Part shown: in pieces, positions 21,418 through 30,217 of the stretch
Numbering within the stretch: the stretch's first letter is position 1
Layout: every line of letters begins with the position of its first letter
NCBI RefSeq assembly: GCF_016593155.1
Contig: NZ_AP023215.1
Coordinates: 180,001 to 212,000, forward strand
Direction of reading: 5' to 3'
From: Candidatus Saccharimonadota bacterium
GTDB lineage: Bacteria; Pseudomonadota; Gammaproteobacteria; Burkholderiales; Burkholderiaceae
DNA length: 32,000 nt
Notes under the pieces: model-generated
Told to the model about the DNA's origin: nothing
What the model saw: the letters and a program-made list of their open reading frames with translations, nothing else
Database searches by the model: none
Translations under genes and position numbers: made by a program

Positions 21418-21990
21418 TCAATATAATTTTTCTATAATATGTGATTGATTAGTATATATGCATAAATCACCAGCAATCACTAGTGATTTTTTAATAATTT
21501 CATCTGGCATTAATTCAGTATTCTCTTGAAGTGCTTTAGCTGCTGACTGCGCAAAAATCCCACCAGAACCAATAGCCCCAATACCATTCTCAGGTTCTAA
21601 TACATCTCCATTTCCAGTAATAATTAACGTAGTTTCACGATTTGCTGTTAATAACATAGCCTCTAAACGACGAAGCATACGATCATTTCGCCATTCTTTA
21701 GCAAGCTCAACTGAAGCGCGCATTAAATTACCTTGATATTTTTCTAAATTAGCCTCAAAAAAATCAAGCAATGTAAAAGCATCAGCGGTACTTCCAGCAA
21801 TTCCAGCAAGAACTTGATTTTGATATAATTTTCTTACTTTTTTAGCGGAACTTTTCATAATAACACCACCAAATGTCACCTGCCCATCCCCCCCAAGAGA
21901 AACTTTATTTCCACGTCTTACAGAAAGAATGGTAGTACCTTTAAATTTTTCCACACCACTATCCTTAAATTCATTTAAATTTAAATCCAT
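21418..21990 (-). CDS. hslV: ATP-dependent protease subunit HslV (start uncertain: ATG 21990 or GTG 21954)
   Basis: It carries the Ntn-hydrolase core [24 protein letters not shown] and the DLCIYTN end. The ATG ORF is 190 aa. An internal GTG at 21954, preceded by AAGGA (21962-21966), would give MEKFKG|TT and 178 aa. Confidence 0.93.
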   Translation of the reverse strand: MDLNLNEFKDSGVEKFKGTTILSVRRGNKVSLGGDGQVTFGGVIMKSSAKKVRKLYQNQVLAGIAGSTADAFTLLDFFEANLEKYQGNLMRASVELAKEWRNDRMLRRLEAMLLTANRETTLIITGNGDVLEPENGIGAIGSGGIFAQSAAKALQENTELMPDEIIKKSLVIAGDLCIYTNQSHIIEKLY

Positions 21991-22172
21991 TTTAGATATT
22001 TTATTAAAACATTTATAATTTAATTAAAAATTTAATTTCACTAATTACTGAAAAATATTAAAAAACTACAATTTTTAATAAATTATATAATTATTATTTA
22101 TTATACTAATTACTTTTTATTTAGAAAAGTAATTTTTATAAAAGATTTATATATAAAAAAAAACTAAAATTT

Positions 22173-22628
22173 TTAATCATTATACAACTTTTTTTTTAAT
22201 TCATACCTTTTTTGAGCCTCTAATGATAGAGTTGCCGTAGGTTTAGCTAACAAACGCGGTATACCAATTGGCTCTCCGGTATCCTTACACCAACCATATT
22301 CTTTTTTATCAATACTAATAATTGATTGTTGTATTTTTGTTAATAATTTTCTTTCTCTATCGCGAGCACGTAACTCCAGTGTATTTTCTTCTTCAATAGT
22401 TGCACGATCTACCGGATCAGGAACTAAAATAGTTTCACGTAAATATTCTGTAGTTTTTACTATATTTTTAAGTAAATCATATTCAAGTTTTTTTAAACGA
22501 AATTTAAAAAAAGCAAGCTGCGCTTCATTCATGTAATCCTTTTCGCTCATATTCAATATTTGCTCTTCTGTCAATATTTTTTTTGTATTTTTTATATTTT
22601 CTGTAGTAATAAAGTTAAATTTAGTCAC
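22173..22628 (-). CDS. dksA: RNA polymerase-binding transcription factor DksA (3 of 4 zinc-finger Cys replaced)
   Basis: 151 aa, the same length as E. coli DksA. The coiled-coil tip motif DPVDRA is present. The C-terminal GWCKDTGEPIGIPRLLAKPTATLSLEAQ aligns residue-for-residue with [28 protein letters not shown]. Confidence 0.88.
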   Translation of the reverse strand: MTKFNFITTENIKNTKKILTEEQILNMSEKDYMNEAQLAFFKFRLKKLEYDLLKNIVKTTEYLRETILVPDPVDRATIEEENTLELRARDRERKLLTKIQQSIISIDKKEYGWCKDTGEPIGIPRLLAKPTATLSLEAQKRYELKKKLYND

Positions 22629-22851
22629 TTCGTTTGATTTTTAAGTTAAAAATTATAAATTAATTTAAAAAATTTCTATAAATATATAAAAATTATTTTT
22701 TATCTAAGATAATATACAACTAAAATAATAAAATTAAAATATTTAATCTATAAATATATAATATTTTTAAAAAATATAAAGTATTATAAATTTAATATAA
22801 TATAAAGTTAATATAATGACATTTTTAATAAATTTGTAATTTTATGCTGAA

Positions 22852-24900
22852 ATGAATTTTCATACTAAAAAAAAAATAAATTTTTCAAAATTATCTTTGC
22901 GCGTTGCTAAATTAAAAAAAGAATTACATCGTCACAATATAGCATATTATTTACATGATAATCCAATTATATCCGACAATAAATATGATCAACTATTTTT
23001 TGAATTAAAAAAAATAGAAGAAAAATATCCAGAATTATTAACAAAAGATTCATTGACTCAGCATGTTGGAGGAAGAATTTTTTCAAATTTAAAACATGTA
23101 CATCATTCATTTAAAATGATGTCTTTAGATAACGGTTTTTCAGATGAAGATATTATAATGTTTGATAAGCGTATTACTAACGAATTAAAATTAACTAAAA
23201 ATATTGAATATATAGCAGAACTTAAATTTGATGGTATTGCAGTTAATTTACGTTATGAATATGGTTATTTAAAACAAGCCTCTACACGAGGAGATGGTAA
23301 TATTGGTGAAAATATAACCAATAATATTTGTACCATACATAAAATTCCATTAGTACTAAATATACAAAATCCACCAGAATTATTAGAAGTAAGATGTGAA
23401 GTACTAATATATAAAAAAGATTTCAAAAAATTAAATCAATATAGATATAATTTGGGTTTAAAAGAATTTACTAATCCTAGAAATGCAGCAGCTGGTAGTT
23501 TACGTCAATTAAATCCCAAAATTACTAAAAATAGAATATTACATTTTTTTGCACATGGAATTGGTGAATTAAGAGGAATGAAAATGCCATCCTCTCATTC
23601 TACATTACTAAATTGGTATCAAAAAATAGGCCTATCAGTATGTACTGAATATTCTGTATTATTAGGCGTTAATAAACTTCTTGAATTTTATAAAAAAATA
23701 AACATTAAACGCTTTGATTTACCATATGAAATAGATGGAGTGGTATATAAAATAAACTGTTTATCTACACAAAAAAAACTTGGATTTACATCGCGAGCAC
23801 CTCGTTTTGCATTAGCATATAAATTTTTATCTAAAAAAGCTTTAACTAAAATTAAAGCAATAAATATTCAAATAGGAAGAACCGGTATTATTACACCAGT
23901 AGCTTTACTTAAACCGGTATTAATTGATGGAATTACTATAACTCGAGCAACTTTACATAATGAATCGGAAATATATCGTAAAAATATTCAAATTGGTGAT
24001 ACTGTTATCATACATCGATCTGGTAATGTTATTCCTAAAATTATCTCATCTATTTTAAGTCTCCGCCCTAATAATTCTAAAATATTTAAAATACCAGATA
24101 TTTGCCCAGTATGTAATTCAAAAATTATTTACATAAAATCTAATTCAATCGCAAGATGTAGTGGTAGCTGGATTAAATGTATTGCTCAACGCAAAGCTGG
24201 ATTGCAACATTTTGCATCTCGAAAAGCAATGAATATTATTGGGTTAGGAAAAAAAATAATTGAAAAATTAGTTGATATCAACATTATTATTACGGCCGCA
24301 GATTTATATAAAATTAACTTAAAAGATCTATTAAAATTGGATCATATATCTAATAAATTAGCAAATAATATTTTATTAGCAATACAACAATCAAAATTAA
24401 CTACATTTTCTCGATTTATTTATGCGCTAGGAATTCGTCACGTAGGAGAAATTGCAGCAAAAAAACTTGCCAATCATTTTAAAAATTTAGAATTCATGCT
24501 TAAAGCTACCGAAGTACAATTATTAAATATTCCAAAAATTGGTTCAACTACAATAAAAGCATTAATTAAATTTATAAATCAACCATTACATCGTTTATTA
24601 ATTTCTCAATTATGCGACGCCGGTATATATTGGTTAGAAAATTCCGCCACTAAAGATCAAAAAAAATATTTAAAAGGAAAAATTTTTGTTTTTACTGGAT
24701 CTTTATATGTATTTAAACGTAATGAAGCAATAACATTGATAGAAAATTTAGGCGGGAAAGTTGTTAACTTTATATCAAAAAATACAGATTACCTTGTAAA
24801 AGGTCAAAAACCAGGAAAAAAAATTGAAAAAGCTATAAAACTTAATATTAAGATATTAAATGAGAAAAATTTTTCAAAAATATTAAAAAATAATTCATAA
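22852..24900 (+). CDS. ligA: NAD-dependent DNA ligase
   Basis: 682 aa. The adenylation motif KxDG is present in AELKFDGIAV. It also has the Zn-finger cysteines CPVCNS...CSGSWIKC, HhH repeats and a C-terminal BRCT-like region (FVFTGSL). Confidence 0.96.
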   Translation: MNFHTKKKINFSKLSLRVAKLKKELHRHNIAYYLHDNPIISDNKYDQLFFELKKIEEKYPELLTKDSLTQHVGGRIFSNLKHVHHSFKMMSLDNGFSDEDIIMFDKRITNELKLTKNIEYIAELKFDGIAVNLRYEYGYLKQASTRGDGNIGENITNNICTIHKIPLVLNIQNPPELLEVRCEVLIYKKDFKKLNQYRYNLGLKEFTNPRNAAAGSLRQLNPKITKNRILHFFAHGIGELRGMKMPSSHSTLLNWYQKIGLSVCTEYSVLLGVNKLLEFYKKINIKRFDLPYEIDGVVYKINCLSTQKKLGFTSRAPRFALAYKFLSKKALTKIKAINIQIGRTGIITPVALLKPVLIDGITITRATLHNESEIYRKNIQIGDTVIIHRSGNVIPKIISSILSLRPNNSKIFKIPDICPVCNSKIIYIKSNSIARCSGSWIKCIAQRKAGLQHFASRKAMNIIGLGKKIIEKLVDINIIITAADLYKINLKDLLKLDHISNKLANNILLAIQQSKLTTFSRFIYALGIRHVGEIAAKKLANHFKNLEFMLKATEVQLLNIPKIGSTTIKALIKFINQPLHRLLISQLCDAGIYWLENSATKDQKKYLKGKIFVFTGSLYVFKRNEAITLIENLGGKVVNFISKNTDYLVKGQKPGKKIEKAIKLNIKILNEKNFSKILKNNS

Positions 24901-24970
24901 GATTTAATTAAATCTCATTTTAGTAAATTCTATAAAATAAAAAATTTAAAATAGCAAAAAAATAGAGATA

Positions 24971-25009
24971 GAGCACATAAATTTTATTTAGATATAATAT
25001 TATGTGCTC
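24971..25009 (+). terminator. Hairpin downstream of ligA (possible terminator)
   Basis: A perfect 9-bp stem, GAGCACATA / TATGTGCTC (24971-24979 pairs with 25001-25009), but with a 21-nt loop and no clear U-tract. It begins 71 nt after the ligA stop. Confidence 0.3.
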
Positions 25010-25358
25010 GTTAAATTATAAAATAATAAATCTTTTTCAGTATTATTATCAGATGATTTTATAGATGTAATGATGAAATTAAACTATTTTTATAATAAAT
25101 ACTTGAAAAATAAATTATTTTCAAAATTAGCTATAATTAGTCAATATATTGAATATATTTTAAGTAAAAATATTTTTAATTAATTAAAAAAAATTAATCA
25201 TAAAACTCAACTAACTAATGATATTAGAGAGTTATCTAAAAAAAATTTATGTTTGCTTATCGTTATAATGGTAATTACTATAATTATAAATCTAAATTAA
25301 TTATGAGTTTTAAAACAACCAGAAACCAAAAAAAGAATTTACTTGATACCTAATAAAT

Positions 25359-25673
25359 TTATATTAATTTTAATAATTTTTTTAATTCTCCAGATATATG
25401 CATTTCATTCATAATATCAGATCCTCCAATAAACTTTCCATTAACATATAATTGGGGGATAGTTGGCCAATTAGAGTATTTTTTAATTCCTTCCCGTATC
25501 TCTAAATTTTCCAATACATTAATAATGGCAGTATTATTAAAATTATTTATTTTTAATAAGTGAATTGCATGGCCAGAAAAACCACATTGAGGAGTCTCTT
25601 CGGTTCCCTTTGTAAATAATACAACTCTGTTAGTTGTTATTATTTTTTTTATTAATTCTTGTATTTTTTTCAT
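25359..25673 (-). CDS. grxD: Monothiol glutaredoxin (Grx4 family)
   Basis: 104 aa. It carries the CGFS active site (PQCGFSGHA), WPTIPQLYVNGKFIGG and SDI. Confidence 0.92.
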   Translation of the reverse strand: MKKIQELIKKIITTNRVVLFTKGTEETPQCGFSGHAIHLLKINNFNNTAIINVLENLEIREGIKKYSNWPTIPQLYVNGKFIGGSDIMNEMHISGELKKLLKLI

Positions 25674-25707
25674 AAAAACCTTGTAAATATTACTTTAATA
25701 ATTAAGT

Positions 25708-26247
25708 TTAATTTAAAAATTTACTTTTATATGCTAATATACTAGATAAAATTTTTTCTTGAGCAATTTGACTATCTTCCCATTTCTCTATCTTAATAAA
25801 TTTATTTTTTTCTAAATCCTTATAATGCTCAAAAAAATGTTTTATTTTTTCTAAAATAAAATCGGGGATATTTTTAAATGATTTTATATTTGAATATATA
25901 GGGCATATTCTATTAATAGGAACCGATAAAATTTTTATATCTATACTTCCAGTATCCATCATTTTTAATAAACCTATTGCGCGACATGATATTATACAAC
26001 CAGGAATTAAAGGAAATGGTGTTAATACTAAAACATCTATTGGGTCTCCGTCTTCAACTAATGTCTTTGGAATATATCCATAATTACATGGATAACACAT
26101 TGAAGTACTAAGAAAACGATCCACAAATATCATTCCAGTATTTTTATCTATTTCATACTTAATAGGATCGCTATTAGCGGATATTTCAATAATAACATTA
26201 AAACTATTTGGTAAATTATTTCCAGGTAAAATATTATTTAAATTCAT
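25708..26247 (-). CDS. ppa: Inorganic pyrophosphatase
   Basis: 179 aa. Family I PPase motifs are present: IIEISANS.PIKYEIDK, YPCNYGYIP.T..EDGDPIDVLVL, and D.G..D.KIL.V. Confidence 0.94.
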   Translation of the reverse strand: MNLNNILPGNNLPNSFNVIIEISANSDPIKYEIDKNTGMIFVDRFLSTSMCYPCNYGYIPKTLVEDGDPIDVLVLTPFPLIPGCIISCRAIGLLKMMDTGSIDIKILSVPINRICPIYSNIKSFKNIPDFILEKIKHFFEHYKDLEKNKFIKIEKWEDSQIAQEKILSSILAYKSKFLN

Positions 26248-26329
26248 ATTTAAAAAAGATAATTTAAGATCAAAATTTTTAAAAATATTATAATATATAA
26301 TATTATATTTATATATTTTTTAATAAAGA

Positions 26330-26960
26330 TAATAATTTTTTTTCCTGATTTAATTAATTTTATATAAGAAAATCCTAAAAAAATACGCAATTTCTACAGT
26401 ACAAGTATGATGAAACAATAATTTTTTTTCATTTTTGTTTCTATATTTTTTAATTTAGATTTTTTTAATAATTTGAAATATTTTTAATAATTCGGAGCTA
26501 GTGATAATTTAAATATTATCGAAATTTAATAAATTTTCCAATCTTTGAATTACATGTCAATTAGAAGAAATGTTTAATCTATAAGTAAGCATAAATATAA
26601 TTCCCACTTATATACCTCACTTTTTCCCAATTTTTTTTTCTAAGAAATCACCAAAAAATTTTATTCTGTTTAACTACATATTATTAATATTTTTTATAAT
26701 AATTTTACAAAAAACCTTCAGAATTAGTTTTTTCTAAAATTTACTATATAATTTCTGTATTTAGTATATTAAATTTATATATTTTTAATGCAGATTTATT
26801 TCCTGGACCTAAAATACCATTTTATATTATTAGGTCACTTATTATTTTTTTTGAGTACTAAATTCATGTATTAAAGAGTCTCGTGAATTGCATTTATATT
26901 TATAAATATTATTAAATTATAAGCACATAAACTATTAATAACTTTTTAAAAATTAAATTA
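26330..26960 (-). pseudogene. hemD: Probable uroporphyrinogen-III synthase (hemD) pseudogene
   Basis: Minus-strand fragments occur in several frames. NGILGPGNKSALKIY matches AIGRTTALAL. NSEGFL matches SEVLL. RIKFFGDFLEKKNWEKVRYI matches GRELIGDTLTARGAEVTFCE. LTCNSKIGKF matches VVVTSGEML. These are in the same order as in E. coli HemD, immediately downstream of the hemC remnant. HemD is poorly conserved, so the call and its boundaries are tentative. Confidence 0.45.
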
Positions 26961-26969
26961 TTTTTTAAT

Positions 26970-27980
26970 AAAAAAATTTGAAAAAGTAAAAAATTATGGA
27001 ATAAAATTCTAATTTTGAGATATTTCTTACGAATATTTTTAATTGTTTTAGTGATTGTGTAATTATTACAGATGAATTTTTAAAAATAAATTTATTTAAT
27101 TATTACATTTTTTTCTTCATATGATCTTATAATTTCTATAGTACCTTTTTTTAATAATTCCATTACATAAAACCCTGAAATTCTGGTGCATTAATAAAAC
27201 CGTTTAATTTCTACTGTTATTATTTTTCTACTGTTATTATTTTTAATCCATTAAGTAAAGAAATTTCACAACTTCTATTAAAATTACAAAATAATTTACT
27301 CACTAAAATAGTGATAGGATTAACATTTTTATTAATTTCTTACGATTATCTAGAATTTCAATTTTTAAAGCATCTTATCCGGGAACTGGTAAAATTTGAT
27401 TCAACTAAATAACAACATATTTTTTTTAAATTTAATCTTTTAAAGACTAGCTACGTCTAAAATAATAGAAGCATACTCACCTTTATATAATTTATTGAGT
27501 CGAGTATTCATATTACCTCGTAGTAATTTAATTACTAATGAAAAAAAATAATTTTATTAAAACTTTTCTACGTAAACTATTAGTACCAACTACTTCATTT
27601 TTAGGAAGTATATAAAAAAATATGATTATTTGATATAAAAACGCATCACGCGTATCTTCTCTTTTTAAAATTGTATTAAGTATAAAACCACTTAGAAAAT
27701 TTATTGGTATATCCTTTAATAAATTTATAAATAAATACAGCCTCACCTTTACAGCTTCACCTTTAATTATTGCCATCTCTAATTCTTTAGTAAATAATCC
27801 CTTTTCATTAATTTTCAATGAAACTTTTTTAAAAATTTTATCACTTTTTTTAGTTATGCTAAGTATTTCTATTTTACACCATAGATATAATTCAATTATT
27901 TTTTTTCGTTTCTACCTACCATAAGGCTAATCGACTTTTTGAGAGGCAATAATTAATTTAGAAATAAAAAAATTTTTCAA
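26970..27980 (-). pseudogene. hemC: Porphobilinogen deaminase (hemC) pseudogene
   Basis: Minus-strand reading gives four matching blocks. ..LIIASQKVD*PYGR* lies near 27930-27980 (cf. IATR.S.LALWQ). The 96-codon ORF 27528-27818 carries KGLFTKELE, LKDIP, REDTRDAF and VVGTNSLRR. After a frame change comes LLRGNMNTRLNKLYKGEYASIILDVASL* at about 27440-27526 (cf. [27 protein letters not shown]). Then comes ILPVPG*DALKIEI (cf. LPAVGQGAVGIE). Multiple stops, frameshifts and a 17-bp duplication are present. The ends are approximate. Confidence 0.85.
27208..27244. repeat. Perfect tandem duplication of a 17-bp unit inside the hemC pseudogene
   Basis: CTACTGTTATTATTTTT occurs at 27211-27227 and again at 27228-27244. 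Three further matching bases upstream (27208-27210 = 27225-27227) extend the repeat. The unit length is not a multiple of 3. Confidence 0.9.
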
Positions 27981-28016
27981 GTAAACTCTAAATTTATTAT
28001 TTTAATAAATATAATT

Positions 28017-28226
28017 TCAATATGGAACTTTTTTTAACATTTCTACACCAATTTTTCCTGATGAAATTTCACGTAATGCTACAACTGTAACTTTATCATT
28101 ATCATAACCAATTATTTTTTTAGCATGACCTTGTAATAATTGGCGTGCGCGATAAACCGCGCAAAGCGTTAATTTAAAACGATTATTAATTTTTTTAAGT
28201 CCATCTTCAATAGTAACACGAGCCAT
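28017..28226 (-). CDS. rpoZ: DNA-directed RNA polymerase subunit omega
   Basis: 69 aa from the internal ATG at 28226: [34 protein letters not shown]...[28 protein letters not shown] (28231-28236) lies 4 nt upstream. The longer 105-aa track ORF overlaps gmk, and its extra 36 residues are low-complexity. Confidence 0.9.
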   Translation of the reverse strand: MARVTIEDGLKKINNRFKLTLCAVYRARQLLQGHAKKIIGYDNDKVTVVALREISSGKIGVEMLKKVPY

Positions 28227-28260
28227 AAAACCTCTTGAATTTAAGTATAATAATAAGATA

Positions 28261-28902
28261 TTATAAAATATTAAATTTTTTAAATAAAGAAATATTATTT
28301 TTTGCCTGATATGAAAATTTACAGCGATTTGCATTAATAATTGCTGTTAATTGAAATAAGGCTTTTGAAAATTTATTATTAATAATAATGTAGTCAAATT
28401 TATTGGCATAAGAAATTTCTTTATTTGCTGATAAAATACGACGAGAAATGACATCATATTTATCTTGATCTCTTTTATATAAACGTTCTTTTAATGAATC
28501 TAAAGACGGTGGAATAATAAAAATTCCAATAGAATTAGGAAATTTTTTTTTTATCTGTTTTGCTCCCTGCCAATCAATTTCTAATAATATATCTATATTA
28601 GATTTAATTTCTCTAACTATAGGAAAAAAAGATGTTCCATAAAAATTTCCATGTACCTTTGCCCATTCTAAAAATTTTCCAGATTTTTGAAGTTTTTTAA
28701 AATTATTAATATTAGTGAAATAATATTCACGACCATTTTTTTCTCCTGGACGCATTGGTCGAGTTGTGGTTGATATAGATAATTTAACTTTATGATCTTT
28801 TTTTAAAAATTCATTAATTAATGTTGATTTTCCTGCCCCAGACGGAGCGACTATAATAAATATATTTCCAAACGATTTAGAGGATCTTATAGAAGTTAGC
28901 AT
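28261..28902 (-). CDS. gmk: Guanylate kinase
   Basis: 213 aa. It carries the P-loop [29 protein letters not shown] and LEIDWQGA. Confidence 0.94.
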   Translation of the reverse strand: MLTSIRSSKSFGNIFIIVAPSGAGKSTLINEFLKKDHKVKLSISTTTRPMRPGEKNGREYYFTNINNFKKLQKSGKFLEWAKVHGNFYGTSFFPIVREIKSNIDILLEIDWQGAKQIKKKFPNSIGIFIIPPSLDSLKERLYKRDQDKYDVISRRILSANKEISYANKFDYIIINNKFSKALFQLTAIINANRCKFSYQAKNNISLFKKFNIL

Positions 28903-29010
28903 ATTTTTTGGTAAAATATTAAAAAATTTATTTTACATAATTTAAAATATTTTATAAAAATATAAATTTTTAACAAAAATTTAATTTTATTACTTATTTA
29001 ATAAAACTTA

Positions 29011-30186
29011 ATGAAATCTCAAAAACTTAACAATTTACATATAAAAAAAATACCACCATTATCGCTGTATATTCATTTTCCATGGTGTATTAAAAAATGT
29101 CCTTATTGTGATTTTCACTCATACGAAATAAAAAAAAATATTTCAGAAAAAAAATATTTAAAAGCGCTTTTAATTGATATTGAATTATCTTTGCCTATAA
29201 TTTTAAATAGAAAAATTCATACAATTTTTATTGGAGGAGGAACTCCTAGTTTAATATCAGATACTGGTTTAGATTATCTATTGAATAATATAAAAAAATT
29301 ATTATTATTAAAAGAAAATATTAGCATTACATTAGAAGCTAATCCAAGTACCTTTGAAATTGAAAAATTTCATTCATATAGTATTATTGGTATTAATAGA
29401 TTATCAATTGGAATCCAAAGTTTTAATGATAAACATTTAAATATACTAGGAAGAACCCATAATAGCAAACAAGCAAAATATGCTATAGAAATAGCAAAAC
29501 AATATTTTAATAATTTCAATTTAGATTTAATATATGCATTACCAAAACAAACATTATCTGAATTAATTCTTGATGTAAATTATGCGATTCAATATTCCCC
29601 ACCTCATGTATCTTTATATTCTTTAACAATAGAACCTAATACTTATTTTTTCAAGTATCCTCCATTATCTCTACCAAACAATGATAAAAATGCTATTATG
29701 CAGGATAAAATTACTAATTTATTAAAAAGTTATTATTATAAAAATTATGAAATTTCAGCTTACTCTAAAACCGGTTATGAATCTCAACATAATTTAAATT
29801 ATTGGAAATTTGGAGATTATTTAGGTATTGGAGCCGGATCTCATTCTAAGTTATCCTTTCCTAATTATATAATTAGACAAATACGTTATAAAAATCCAAA
29901 TACTTATTTAAAAAATATTTTTTCTGGTAATTCTATTGCAAAATCAAAAAAAATAAAAAAAAAATATTTAGTATTTGAATTTATGCTAAATGCACTGAGA
30001 TTAAAAAATGGTTTTTCACCCAATTTATTCTTTGATCGCACAGGAATTAATATAAAAATTATTGAACCTAAATTAAAAAATGCTGAAAAACTTGGTTTAT
30101 TAAAAAGAAATAATAAAAATATTAAACCTACTACCTTTGGTAGATATTTTTTAAACGATTTACAGCAAATATTTTTAAATGATTAA
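29011..30186 (+). CDS. hemW: Radical SAM heme chaperone HemW (HemN-like, YggW family)
   Basis: 391 aa. It carries the radical-SAM cluster motif CIKKCPYC within HFPWCIKKCPYCDF, plus FIGGGTPS and RLSIGIQSF. It has the short N-terminus typical of HemW rather than a true HemN. Confidence 0.85.
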   Translation: MKSQKLNNLHIKKIPPLSLYIHFPWCIKKCPYCDFHSYEIKKNISEKKYLKALLIDIELSLPIILNRKIHTIFIGGGTPSLISDTGLDYLLNNIKKLLLLKENISITLEANPSTFEIEKFHSYSIIGINRLSIGIQSFNDKHLNILGRTHNSKQAKYAIEIAKQYFNNFNLDLIYALPKQTLSELILDVNYAIQYSPPHVSLYSLTIEPNTYFFKYPPLSLPNNDKNAIMQDKITNLLKSYYYKNYEISAYSKTGYESQHNLNYWKFGDYLGIGAGSHSKLSFPNYIIRQIRYKNPNTYLKNIFSGNSIAKSKKIKKKYLVFEFMLNALRLKNGFSPNLFFDRTGINIKIIEPKLKNAEKLGLLKRNNKNIKPTTFGRYFLNDLQQIFLND

Positions 30187-30217
30187 ATATTATTATATTT
30201 TATTCTAAAAATTTAAA

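Noticed and set aside
28227-28334. N-terminal 36-codon extension of the rpoZ ORF, overlapping the 3' end of gmk.
   Set aside because: The extension is low-complexity (..[20 protein letters not shown]..). Omega proteins start MARVT/MARIT, and an AAGAGG Shine-Dalgarno sequence precedes the internal ATG at 28226.
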